DNA of 64,000 nucleotides, taken from assembly GCA_002269645.1 (NCBI GenBank), contig NIVC01000659.1, positions 372,001-436,000 on the forward strand. Direction: 5' to 3'. The translations under genes were made by a program, and so were the position numbers. This document shows, piece after piece, positions 36,612-58,482 of this stretch; the stretch's first letter is position 1, and every line of letters starts with the position of its first letter. The notes under the pieces are model-generated. The model was not told the origin of the DNA, searched no databases, and saw only the letters and a list, made by a program, of their open reading frames with translations. Origin of the DNA: Macrostomum lignano (Eukaryota).

Positions 36612-37061
36612 GCCACCTCAACAGCAGCCGGCAGAGCGGCCCAGACAGTTCCTTTCGACGGCGACGAAGCCTCTGCCGCCGCTGCCGCCGCCGCGCTGGC
36701 ACCGACACTGGCATCGGCAGTGTTACAGGGTTACGGGCGGCGAACCTGCGACCGTTCGGCCTGGCTGGCCTTCGCCCGGCACCTCGCTTGCGCTGGCCCG
36801 GTCGCCGGCCTGCTGCTGATCTTCGGCGTCTGGTCAATGCTGGCAAACGAAGCCGTTAACCACAGCGGCGGAATGCGCCGGCGCTCCGTGACAGTCGTGA
36901 ACGTCGGCCTGGTCGCTGCTGGCTGCCTGACGCTGCTGTTGTTTGCCTGTGCCGAGCTACGGCTGCTGCACGGCCGGTTCGAGTTCGCATTCGACCGGGT
37001 GGGGACCGGCGAGACTGGGGACGCGGCTGCGGAAAATGGCAGCTTTGGTGGGGACGTCTGA
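36612..37061 (+). CDS. Two-TM membrane protein exon paralogous to the C-terminus of the MARCH-like gene; possible upstream exon 36085-36239
   Basis: [57 protein letters not shown] aligns by eye with [57 protein letters not shown] at 48803-49240. The frame opens after TGA 36609-36611; the 5' structure is uncertain. Confidence 0.7.
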   Translation, partial: ATSTAAGRAAQTVPFDGDEASAAAAAAALAPTLASAVLQGYGRRTCDRSAWLAFARHLACAGPVAGLLLIFGVWSMLANEAVNHSGGMRRRSVTVVNVGLVAAGCLTLLLFACAELRLLHGRFEFAFDRVGTGETGDAAAENGSFGGDV

Positions 37062-37069
37062 ACTGGACA

Positions 37070-45850
<8,781 letters not shown>

Positions 45851-46229
45851 ACAAACAGACCGACTCTTGACTATTTATCGGGGCGATATCAAGGGTGCTG
45901 AGTGAATGCTTTAAAAAGTTTTGCTATATACTTGCCTTCCAATTAAGCCGGTGAACAAAAGAAAATTTAATATCAATGAGAGGCACTGTTCTAGTTTTAT
46001 ACTCTTTTGCAGGTCCAGGAAAATATTGCTAACTTTAAATTGCGCCGCTTGAATATATTTAATAAAGTAAATTTTACAGAAATGTTAGAGAAAACAACAA
46101 TATGAAGTTATCTGGTTTTGCGGCTTTTTGGAAACAAAAAATATTAAAATTGTGAAGTGTTTTGTGTGAAGAAAGTTTTTAAAATAAAAGTAGTATTGCT
46201 GCAATGCCAAGTTGTCGACATAACCAGGA

Positions 46230-46505
46230 AAGCCAATGACGATAGATAACCTGACTACGCCAGGCAGACACCCCTACACTTGTCAGCCAATAGTGATAGA
46301 CCACGTGACTTCCCCAGCTCTACACCCCTACACTTGTCAGCCAATAGCGATAGACCACGTGACTTCCCCAGCTCTATACCCCTACACTTGTCAGCCAATA
46401 GCAATAGACCACGTGACTTCCCCAGCTCTACACCCCTACACTTGTCAGCCAATAGCAATAGACCACGTGACTTTCCCAGCTCTACACTCCTAAACTTGTC
46501 AGCCT
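46230..46505. repeat. 54-bp minisatellite, about 5 copies, carrying CCAAT-N9-CCACG
   Basis: CCAAT at 46287, 46341, 46395 and 46449, each followed 9 nt later by CCACGTGAC. Confidence 0.95.
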
Positions 46506-47899
46506 TTTGAAATCATATGTTTAACCTTCTGGTTAAGTAGCAACAGGCTTGGCAACAGAAGTAAGGATATTGCAAACATATAAAAATGAGATCAAATTAC
46601 TAGGTATAATATTGTATAGAAAAAAGGAGCTGTATTTTACAAACAGTAAGACCAATGATTTCTAAAAGAAGAAAAACAGACAGACAGCTGAAAGCAGCAA
46701 AAATTGAGAAGAAAACTATTGAAAATATATATGCAATACAAGCAAAAAGGTAAATAAAACCGTCATGCCAGCTAAGTATCGAACTGGTTTGAGAAAATTC
46801 GAAGTTCAATTGAAATATTTTAAATTAATAATTTTCTTCGAAATGAAAAAGATGGCATAGAGATAACTAATTAATTTCTGAAGTCAGCAAACAGCATTCA
46901 AGTGATTGCGAATTAAACGAAAAAACCGAATTATGCCTCAAAATATCCGTGCAAAATTATAAACATCAAAACTAATAATACAAATGAGTGAAGAACACAA
47001 AAATTCACCGCGTTGCACTTTGAAACTGAAAACTCGGTTTTTTGATTATTAATTTTAGAAAATAAACAAGTAAATACAGATGGAGACCAGGGAAAACGTT
47101 CGCATAGAAATACGCACACAAACAGCTATAACAGTATTTATTATAACAATAACAATATACAAATAAGGCCGGAGCACCTCTGATTAGTGATGAAAGCGGC
47201 AAAATGCATTTTTATAATCTTATAATAATAGTAACAATAACAATATTATTATTATTATATTAGCCAGTAACGGGCCGGTAAGGTACACGCATTTAGTCTG
47301 TTTATATATTGCATCCATAAGGCCTTGCTTTTCGGCATATACTACTATTAACAATATTTAGCTACATACTGCTTAACAATATAAAAAGAACACCTCCAAA
47401 AAAACAAAATAAAACATATTGCACTAACCATACTACTCATAACGTTAGTAGAGTAAAGTACCAGTTATTTAAAGCAGCGTCTTTAACGACCCGCAAACAA
47501 TTCAATGGTTATAAAACTAAAAAAAAAATAGTGAGGTGAAACGCTACAAAAAATTCTGTGCTTTGATTAAATTATAAAGAGCAGCAATAGTGTGCAATAG
47601 TAGTATCTACTGCCCCAACAATACCTTAAAGTAATTTAAACTTTACGGTGTTACGAATGAGAACAGATTAAAGCAGCGCATCAAGTGGAAAATACTGCTT
47701 TAGCTAAGAAAATAAAGCCTACCAGCTCTAACTGAGTGCATTAAATCACTGGACCTGTGAAATACTAAACAAAAGCTTAGCCTGCTACTGTAAGTAGATA
47801 AAAAGCACATTTTGCCCATATATTGCTTTGGAAACAATATATACGATAAACTAAGATTCAGTATCCGCTCCGCTTGCAGTTCCTGAAGCTTCCGCACTG

Positions 47900-48765
47900 A
47901 GGAGAGCGGAAAGGAAGATTCAGGGGCTCAGGGGCAGATTCGGTGACTGAGGGGAGCGGAGAGGCAGATTCAGTGACTGAGGGGGCGGAGAGGCAGATTC
48001 AGTGACTGGGGGGGGGCGGAGAGGCAGATTCAGTGACTGAGGGGAGCGGAGAGGCAGATTCAGTGACTGAGGGGGCGGGCGGAGAAGCAGATTCAGGGGC
48101 TGAGGGAGCGGAGAGGCAGATTCAGTGACTGAGGGGGCGGAGAGGCAGATTCAGTGACTGAGGGAGCGGAGAGGCAGATTCAGTGACTGGGGGGGGGCGG
48201 AGAGGCAGATTCAGTGACTGAGGGGGCGGAGAGGCAGATTCAGTGACTGAGGGGGCGGAGAGGCAGATTCAGTGACTGAGGGGGCGGAGAGGCAGATTCA
48301 GTGACTGAGGGAGCGGAGAGGCAGATTCAGTGACTGAGGGGGCGGAGAGGCAGATTCAGTGACTGAGGGGGCGGAGAGGCAGATTCAGTGACTGAGGGAG
48401 CGGAGAGGCAGATTCAGTGACTGAGGGGGCGGAGAGGCAGATTCAGTGACTGAGGGGGCGGAGAGGCAGATTCAGTGACTGAGGGAGCGGAGAGGCAGAT
48501 TCAGTGACTGGGGGGGGGCGGAGAGGCAGATTCAGTGACTGAGGGGGCGGAGAGGCAGATTCAGTGACTGGGGGGGGGGCGGAGAGGCAGATTCAGTGAC
48601 CGAGGGGAGCGGAGAGGCAGATTCAGTGACTGAGGGGAGCGGAGAGGCAGATTCAGTGACTGAGGGGGCAGGCGGAGAAGCAGATTCAGGGGCTGAGGGG
48701 GGCGGAGAGGCAGACTCAGGGGCTGAGGGAGCGGAGAGGCAGATTCAGTGACTGAGGGGAGCGAA
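47900..48765. repeat. G-rich minisatellite, about 28-bp unit (ggggcggagaggcagattcagtgactga), about 30 copies
   Basis: Seen directly. Confidence 0.96.
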
Positions 48766-48802
48766 GAGATACGGTTCAAATGCCCAATAAAGTGAAGGCT
48801 GA

Positions 48803-49358
48803 TCAAGGCTGAACAAACACGGTAGCCAAAGGATCGGTGGAAATATGAATAGTATTCTCATTCTCATTATTATTATTATTACTGCTAGTACTATCGCTAG
48901 GTTTAATATGGTTATTATTGTTACCGCTGCTGCTGCTGTTCCGAGTCCGGCTGGACTTTTCGCTCAGCCTGGAGATGACGAACTCGAAGCGACCATGCAG
49001 CAGCCAGACCTCGTAGACGGCGAACACTAGCAGCGCCAGGCCGCCCATGGACACCAGGCCGACGTTCACCACGGTTGGCCGGCCGTCCAGCGGGTGTAGC
49101 AGCGACCAGGTGCCAAACGTGATGAGGAATCCGGTAATGAGAAGCACGGAGATCAGGTGGCGGCTGAACGACAGGCAGGCCTGGTGATCGCAGGCCCGGC
49201 GGCCGCGGTGCCGTCGGATGAGTAGCTGGGCTCGGCACACCTGGGGGGTGGGAGGGGCAGAGCGATTTATTTATTAAGCGACAGATAGCCAGACACAGAA
49301 GGACATACAGACAGACATACACACAGACAGACAGACAGACAGACAGGCAGACAGACAC

Positions 49359-49395
<37 letters not shown>

Positions 49396-49522
49396 TAGAC
49401 AGACAGACACACAGACAGACAGACAGACAGACAGACAGGCAGACAGACAGACAGACAAGCAGACAGACAGACAGACAAGCAGACAGACAGACAGACAGAC
49501 AGACAGAAAGACAGACAGACAC

Positions 49523-49570
<48 letters not shown>

Positions 49571-49666
49571 GCAGACACACAGACAGACAGACACACAGAC
49601 AGACAGACACACAGACAGACGGACAGACAGACAGGCACAGACGGACAGACAGACAGACACACAGAC

Positions 49667-49697
<31 letters not shown>

Positions 49698-52600
49698 GAG
49701 ACAGACAGGCACAGACAGACAGACACACAGACAGACAGACAGAGACAGACAGTACAATATTATCAAGAACTCCACACAGACCAAGCAGTCCCACACAAAC
49801 CTGGCAGGAGATGATGAGACGCCGCCGGCCGCCCTTATACACGGAGTCCTCATAGAAGCCGGTCTCCAGACAGCTAATGTGCAGGTAGCGGTCCGGACAG
49901 TGACAGGGCAGCTTCTGCCAGCGGATTACGCCGGGATTATCGTCCAATTGGATGCCTATTGTCCGGCCCTGTAGAAAGTACATTGAGAACATTTAAGTAA
50001 AAGAACAGTTGACAGTTTATCAATGCTAACTAATCTCTTAGCATCAATCAAAATTAATCTTAGCTCCATCAGCCAGCCAGCCAATCAGAATGAATCTTAG
50101 CTTTATCAGCCAATCAGATTGAATCACAGCACTATCAGAGGGCCAATCAGAATGAATCTTAGCTTTATCAGCCAATCAGATTGAATCACAGCACTATCAG
50201 AGGGCCAATCAGAATGAATCTTAGCTCCATCAGCCAGCCAATCAAAACGAATATCAGCTCAATCAACCAGCCAATCCGAATTAATCTTAGCACTATTAGC
50301 CAGCCAATCGGAATGACTTTCAGCATCATCAGCCAGTTAATCAGGATGAATCTCAGCTCCATCAGCCAGCCAATCAGAATGAATCTCAGCATCAGCACTA
50401 GCAGCCAGCCAATCAGAATGCAGCGAGCCTACTCACGTGGGAATTCTTCAAGCAGGTGTCGCACAGCGGGCACAAATCGTCGCAGAAGACGGTATCATTA
50501 TCGAATTCCTCAAACGCCACGCTAGGCGATTGGTTATCGTCGCAGCTGCAGCCGTCTTCCCCCAAGGTTGCAATCTGGTGATTGGAGCTGACCGCATTCT
50601 GCGACTGCAACCGCTGCTGGTGCTGACGCCTGCGGCTTTGTAGGAGCTCCGATTTGCTTGTAAAGTTGCCACATTCGGATGCTGAACTGCCAGCAGGAGG
50701 ACCGTCGGCAGAGGCAACCAGATCAGCTGAGGCGTTCGAGGCTGGATGCACAGAGGTTTCGTCCACTCTTTTCACGCTGAATTGTCTGCGGAACCCGGCC
50801 AGGAATGCAGTTTGAATTGAATTAATTGCAAGGCTATGATTGTGAGCTCAATTGAGCATAGTAAAGCAGTTAGTGAGACTCATTCAATCCAACAGACTCA
50901 CATATACTAGAATAACTAGACGGGCTACTCAGCACATTTGCGTCTAAACTACTTTCAGTACAGTAGTAAGTTTAACTGAAGCATTTTAATGTATTTTTAA
51001 AGACACGGCTACTTCATTGACTCCCATTCCCCCAGCTTAAACCCTCAATCTCCACACAGAACCTCTACCCCTGCCCCGCCACCCTACCCCTGCCCCGCCA
51101 CATCTTCTCACAGCTAATATTCAATGGCTTAAGGCTTAAAGCTATACAACTGTGCCTTACCAGCTTACATTTAACAGAATGTTAAATATCAATCATAATA
51201 TGAAATGCTAAAATACTGCTTTAATAGGAATATAAAACGGCTGCATTTTCTTTACAACGAAATTAATGTGTTAATATGACAATAATTAATGTAGATCGAC
51301 AAAATAAGAATGCTGCTTAACTATGGGACGAATTGATAGACTTTAAAAGCGTGCCAACACAAAAAGTAACAGAAATTTATGGAAGACAGACAGACACACA
51401 GACAGACAGACACAGACACAGACAAAGGAACAGATACAGACAGACAGACAGAGGAACAGACACAGACAGGAACAGACAAAGACAGACAGAAAGACACAGA
51501 CAGAGGAACAGACACAGACAGACAGAAAGACACAGACAGAGGAACAGACAAAGACAGACAGAAAGACACAGACAGAGGAACAGACACAGACAGACAGAAA
51601 GACACAGACAGAGGAACAGACAAAGACAGACAGAAAGACACAGACAGAGGAACAGACACAGACAGACAGAAAGACACAGACAGAGGAACAGACACAGACT
51701 GACAGAAAGACACAGACAGAGGAACAGACACAGACAGACAGAAAGACACAGACAGAGGAACAGACACAGACTGACAGAAAGACACAGACAGAGGAACAGA
51801 CACAGACTGACAGAAAGACACAGACAGAGGAACAGACACAGACAGACAGAAAGACACAGACAGAGGAACAGACACAGACTGACAGAAAGACACAGACAGA
51901 GGAACAGACACAGACAGACAGAAAGACACAGACAGAGGAACAGACACAGACTGACAGAAAGACACAGACAGAGGAACAGACACAGACTGACAGAAAGACA
52001 CAGACAGAGGAACAGACACAGACAGACAGAAAGACACAGACAGAGGAACAGACACAGACTGACAGAAAGACACAGACAGAGGAACAGACACAGACTGACA
52101 GAAAGACACAGACAGAGGAACAGACACAGACAGACAGAAAGACACAGACAGAGGAACAGACACAGACTGACAGAAAGACACAGACAGAGGAACAGACACA
52201 GACAGACAGAAAGACACAGACAGAGGAACAGACACAGACTGACAGAAAGACACAGACAGAGGAACAGACACAGACAAATAGAGGAACAGACACAGCCAGA
52301 GGAACAGGGACACAGACAGGAACAGACACAGACAGAGTAATCCATTCAATACAGACAGAGAAGCAATGCTTTTAACCTTGCTTAATAGCGGCTGCTAATG
52401 CAATAAAACAAAAAAAAACACTCGGCCCTAAACATATATTTATCATCACATTGATTGAAATCGTCAGCAGCAAACCAAACAGTTACCTGCGATGCAGAGA
52501 AAATCTAAAATACACAAAATTTACAGAAATCGGTCATCACAAATAATAAGAAATCGCATCAATCCAATTAAACTAATTAAATAGACAACGCAACACCTCT

Positions 52601-53177
52601 CTCACCTGTGCCCTCCGTTGCCGGCTGCAGATGCAGACGAGGACGCCGAGGACGAGGCGGCGGCAGCGGCAGCAGCGGCGGCGGCAGCGGAATTCGCGGA
52701 GGCGCCGGAGGCCGCAGCGGCGGCAGCGGCGGCGGCGGCAGCAGCGATGATGGCGCTGTGCGCGAGCGGCCGGCCGCCCCGAGGCTGTCCGCCAACTGTG
52801 AGGCTGTTGGCCTGGGCGAGCGCCTGCTGCTGTCGAACAATTCGCGAATTCGCTGTCAGCGGCAGCGGCTTGTACTGCCCAGACAGGAGCTGCTGCCGCT
52901 GCTGATGCAGATGCTGCGGTAGCTGCAGCCGATCGCCGACGGCGGCCTTCGCCGAGCCGTGCCGCGACAAGCCGGCGTTTCTTGGAGAAGCGACAACTGC
53001 GGTGCTGGCAGCCGCGGCGGACCGGGCCACCGAGGATGTTGGCGACTTCTTCGAGTTGTCGGCAGTCGGTCCGGAAGCGGCCGGAAGGCTTATTCGTCTT
53101 GACTGCTGCTGCAACAACTGGCCATTGTTGTCAGCGTTGCTAGGCAACGGGCTGGGCTTATCGGCTTCGTCGAGCAT
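48803..53177 (-). CDS. MARCH-like RING-CH (RINGv) membrane E3 ubiquitin ligase with a long low-complexity N-terminus, about 508 aa from Met 53177
   Basis: Phase-consistent exons (53281/53177)-52606, 50785-50437, 49968-49801 and 49240-48803. The spliced product has CPLC-x29-CHC-x5-H-x2-C-x21-CQVC followed by two hydrophobic segments. An acceptor at 53281 implies a possible further upstream exon. Confidence 0.8.
49290..49752. repeat. Intronic (GACA)n microsatellite
   Basis: Seen directly. Confidence 0.95.
50045..50420. repeat. Degenerate intronic repeat, about 30-36-bp unit, rich in AGCCAATCAG
   Basis: About 10 gccaatc motifs. Confidence 0.85.
51380..52340. repeat. 36-bp intronic minisatellite (gacacagacagacagaaagacacagacagaggaaca)
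   Basis: 12-aa periodicity. Confidence 0.96.
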
Positions 53178-53859
53178 GGTTGCTGGATGCTGAGAGGCGG
53201 CATCGCTTGGATCCGGCGCATCTGCTGCCGGTTGGTCAGCCGCCGCGGACACGGGTTCAAGCCTTAGCGACTCCACAGTGGCTGCAAGAATTACCGATAA
53301 ATAACAACTGTAGCGCTCAGTTACATTGGTTACACAACATATCGGTATGAGATACAATTAAGCAAGCACGCCTACTGACATCTTTTTTGAGACCCTTAGA
53401 CTAACTAGCGTGGCCGGCAATTCGTTAACAAAGAGTGCTTAGCGATCCGAACACGCCATGCGTGCCGCTCTCATCAACCTCTGTATTATCCAAAAGTACA
53501 CAGAATCTAGACTAGAACAAGATTCTCCAATTAATGTAAAAGCACTGTTATGCAAGTAATTTGAGAATAAATTATTATATAAGTCACGATTTTCCTCGTC
53601 CCATGAGATAAGACCCTGGGTAGACTATAATATTGATTTTTTGGCTGATTTGACTAGTAAAATTGCCAAAGCAAAAGCCATTAATTTTCCTTTTTTCTTC
53701 TAGGGTATAAATTTAAATTACATCCACTTTAACGATAAATGAACTTAGTCAGGCCGGAAATTTGAATAGTCACGTGACTGACTGTTAATTTAGTCAGACG
53801 TCTATGCGTTTAGGACAGTATCTTAGAGGACAAATGAAAATCATCTAACTATGATAAGG

Positions 53860-54655
53860 GTTTAGAAGCGATTCTCATAGACGGTTAAGAAGCGATTCTC
53901 ATAGACGGTTCAGAAGCGATTCTCATAGACGGTTCAGAAGCGATTCTTATAGACAGTTCAGAAGCGATTCTTATAGACAGTTCAGAAGCGATTCTCATAG
54001 ACAGTTCAGAAGCGATTCTCATAGACAGTTCAGAAGCGATTCTCATAGACGGTTCAGAAGCGATTCTCATAGACAGTTCAGAAGCGATTCTCATAGACGG
54101 TTCAGAAGCGATTCTTATAGACGGTTCAGAAGCGATTCTTATAGACGGTTCAGAAGCGATTCTTATAGACGGTTCAGAAGCGATTCTCATAGACAGTTCA
54201 GAAGCGATTCTCATAGACAGTTCAGAAGCGATTCTTATAGACAGTTCAGAAGCGATTCTCATAGACAGTTCAGAAGCGATTCTCATAGACAGTTCAGAAG
54301 CGATTCTCATAGACGGTTCAGAAGCGATTCTTATAGACGGTTCAGAAGCGATTCTTATAGACGGTTCAGAAGCGATTCTCATAGACGGTTCAGAAGCGAT
54401 TCTCATAGACAGTTCAGAAGCGATTCTTATAGACAGTTCAGAAGCGATACTCAGACGGTTCAGAAGCAATTCTCATATTCTGTTCAGAAGCGATTCTCAT
54501 ATTCTGTTCAGAAGCGATTCTCATATTCTGTTCAGAAGCGATTCTCATATTCTGTTCAGAAGCGATTCTCATATTCTGTTCAGAAGCGATTCTCATGTTG
54601 TGTTCAGTAGCGATTCTCATATTCTGTTCAGAAGCGATTCTCATAGACTCTCGAC
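53860..54655. repeat. 24-bp minisatellite (ttcagaagcgattctcatagacgg)
   Basis: 8-aa periodicity. Confidence 0.96.
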
Positions 54656-55289
54656 TCTCATAGACGTCTCAAAAGCGATCCTCCCCAAAGAAAGCAAAAA
54701 CTAACAAAGGAACTTACACATCAGCTGACAGAAATATTGAGAAGCTGCTCATAGAACGGTTTGTTTTTATGGCCTGATGCAGAAAGGGTGCTAAAAGAAT
54801 GGATGAATAAACTACGTGACAAGAGGACAGCTCCACAAGACAGTGATATAGGACTGACTGCAGAAGAGACCGAGAATTAGCGGTGGCCAATAAACAGAGA
54901 GCGCTGCTCTCACAACTATCTAACCAATCACTCCGACTGCAGTCGGGGCATAAGCATTAATCTGACATCGATGCATCATCAGTAGACTATACGGCTACCA
55001 TAAAGTGTCAGCATATGATACATTTGATACAGACTTGACCCTGGCACCTGATTGTAGGAGTCGCACGTTTACAAGTTCACAGTTTTTATTGCACCTCTCT
55101 ATCTTAAAGAGTATCAAAATGCATTTTAACCCTTTTTAGTCATTTTATTAGCTGACAAATGTCGGGCAGATTTGCTAGATAAGCAGCTTTCAAGTTTGAG
55201 AAAATATTTTGAATAATTAGAAACGAAAAAGTAAAATGATTTTCTGACTATTATCATATAATCATTAGGACAGCTAACCATGGCCCTAG

Positions 55290-56775
55290 CAGCAGATGCC
55301 ATGACTCAAGCGGGAGCTGCTGAGATGCCATGGCTCAAGTGGGAGCTGCTGAGATGCCATGGCTCAAGTGGGAGCTGCTGAGATACCATGGCTCAATGGG
55401 GGAGTTGCTGAGAAACCATGGCTCAATGGGGGAGTTGCTGAGATGCCATGGCTCAATGGGGGAGTTGCTGAGATGCCATGGCTCAATGGGGGAGTTGCTG
55501 AGATGCCATGGCTCAATGGGGGAGTTGCTGAGATGCCATGGCTCAATGGGGGAGTTGCTGAGATACCATGGCTCAATGGGGGAGTTGCTGAGATGCCATG
55601 GCTCAATGGGGGAGTTGCTGAGATGCCATGGCTCAATAGGGGAGTTGCTGAGATGCCATGGCTAAATGGGGGAGTTGCTGAGATGCCATGGCTCAATGGG
55701 GGAGTTGCTGAGATGCCATGGCTCAATAGGGGAGTTGCTGAGATGCCATGGCTCAATGGGGGAGTTGCTGAGATGCCATGGCTCAATGGGGGAGTTGCTG
55801 AGATGCCATGGCTCAATGGGGGAGTTGCTGAGATGCCATGGCTCAATGGGGAGTTGCTGAGATGCCATGGCTCAATGGGGGAGTTGCTGAGATGCCATGG
55901 CTCAATGGGGGAGTTGCTGAGATGCCATGGCTCAATGGGGGAGTTGCTGAGATGCCATGGCTCAATGGGGGAGTTGCTGAGATGCCATGGCTCAATGGGG
56001 GAGTTGCTGAGATGCCATGGCTCAATGGGGGAGTTGCTGAGATGCCATGGCTCAATGGGGGAGTTGCTGAGATGCCATGGCTCAATGGGGGAGTTGCTGA
56101 GATGCCATGGCTCAATGGGGGAGTTGCTGAGATGCCATGGCTCAATGGGGGAGTTGCTGAGATGCCATGGCTCAATGGGGGAGTTGCTGAGATGCCATGG
56201 CTCAATGGGGGAGTTGCTGAGATGCCATGGCTCAATAGGGGAGTTGCTGAGATGCCATGGCTCAATGGGGGAGTTGCTGAGATGCCATGGCTCAATGGGG
56301 GAGTTGCTGAGATGCCATGGCTCAATGGGGGAGTTGCTGAGATGCCATGGCTCAATGGGGGAGTTGCTGAGATGCCATGGCTCAATGGGGGAGTTGCTGA
56401 GATGCCATGGCTCAATGGGGGAGTTGCTGAGATGCCATGGCTCAATGGGGAGTTGCTGAGATGCCATGGCTCAATAGGGGAGTTGCTGAGATGCCATGGC
56501 TCAATGGGGGAGTTGCTGAGATGCCATGGCTCAATGGGGGAGTTGCTGAGATGCCATGGCTCAATGGGGGAGTTGCTGAGATGCCATGGCTCAATGGGGG
56601 AGTTGCTGAGATGCCATGGCTCAATGGGGGAGTTGCTGAGATGCCATGGCTCAATGGGGGAGTTGCTGAGATGCCATGGCTCAATGGGGGAGTTGCTGAG
56701 ATACCATGGCTCAATGGGGGAGTTGCTGAGATACCATGGCTCAATGGGGGAGTTGCTGAGATGCCATGGCTCAAG
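55290..56775. repeat. 30-bp minisatellite (gagatgccatggctcaatgggggagttgct), about 49 copies
   Basis: 10-aa periodicity, with occasional 29-bp units shifting the frame. Confidence 0.97.
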
Positions 56776-58482
56776 GAAGATGCTGAGGCATAGAAAGTCT
56801 GATCTCGGAGGCAATTCTTTTAAAAATAACAACTTTGACAATAGAAATATTAGAAAAATATACACGTTTTTAGTAATTTTATTCTTTTCTTTGTTGCCTA
56901 TGATTACCCAACGAGGGAGATTTACATTGAGAGTAGAAAGCTAGATTTTGCATTAGTATCTATGCATCCTAGTCTAAAAATAGGTCCGTCCATTTTATTT
57001 GCAATATTCCCGCCCCGTGGGAATAAACTGATTGAGAGCTTGACGACCCAAGGAGGCCTCAAATGAAAAAAACTGGAGCAGGGATTTATTTATTTTTTCA
57101 TTAAATTTAAAGTCGGCCTTATTTGTAAAACTAAAACTTTATAAGTTCATAGTAATAATTCAAGGCTCTCAGAGCGTCTGCTTGGTCGGTTCCCACGCTG
57201 CTTGAGTCTTCTTCTCAAGGGGCATCGGGTATGTTGGAATGGGAAGGCACAGATTTCAGACCCGCCAATCTGCAGGATATATACGGTGCATGCAGTATAG
57301 TATATATATAAAGGCCGAAAGCTTCCAAGCAGCCCCCAAACCCGCTCCAATACACAAAGATGGGGCTTTCGCCAGCTCTCAATCTCTCCCCCGCCTCTCT
57401 CAATACATCTAGCTAGACTCAATATATTAAATTATTATCGCAGACACAAATCTAGAGCAGGCTCTCGGCAAGCCTGGTTGCCAAGGCTTGGGGAGGATGA
57501 CGGGGATGGGACGGAATAACCTCTGGGGGGATTCTGCTCCGTACAGTTGGAAGCCGGCACAGTCAGGGGACACATTGACATTACACACACAAGGGAGCAT
57601 AAAAGTACAAAATAAAACCTACACTCGCGCGTGTCAACAGTCGGTGCCAAGAAGTTTCTATGCCTACATGCATGCATATCAGATTCTATCAAGCATTTTG
57701 TTGATTAATTGACAGATTCGTGACTTTGGCACGCGAAGATCCAAAACGATTCATAAAGCAAGCGGGCCTAATATTGCAGTTACGGAATGAAGGTCAAACC
57801 TTTTAGATTTCAAAATTTGGAATGCAAAATTCTGTTGCAGCTTGCAAGATCCACGTGACCATGGCAGGGACACTTAAGTTCAGAAATCTGAACTGGAAAG
57901 AACCTGTCTTTCTCCTGAGTTTTTATCATTGACTTCTTTCATTCTCATAATTTAGGCATTATGAAGTTTCAATTTCAACCTTAATATTTTAGATTTATTC
58001 GAATAGTTTATCATTTCCTTTCTAGGTGCTGTTTTCACTCGTCAAGTCTACATTAATTACTCTTCAACAGATAACAAAGCACGTCACGCTGGTACCTTCG
58101 CTAAGCTCGAACTGGCGCCCGCATTGAAGCTCGGATGGAATGAAAGAAATTCATTTCGCAAAAAGGATTTTAAAATAATTAAACCTGCTCCGTATGCCTC
58201 CGTTTTCATCTGTTCTGGTTCTTATTTAACTAATTAATATCCGGGCTATTGATGAGCTCGAATTCGAATAGGCTCTTCAGTTTGAATTGCTCCCCGGCAT
58301 ATACGGGCTAGGGGGAACAGGGAACCAGGGGATCTGGAAATCTTTTATGATAGGGAAGATCAGTGCCATTCATAACAGATTAAAACATGTTGAACAGGTA
58401 AGACTTTGATCAGGTATCTGACAGATATGGTTATGTATGCGTTGGGAAAGAGATTGCGTGGTATCGAAATCGGTAAACCGAG

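Noticed and set aside
47255-53430. Helitron-like CTRR ends near 47265 and 53405
   Set aside because: There is no convincing subterminal hairpin and no matching 5' TC end.
54896-54946. Short palindromes (ccgactgcagtcgg; gagagc-gct-gctctc)
   Set aside because: They are isolated, with no supporting context.
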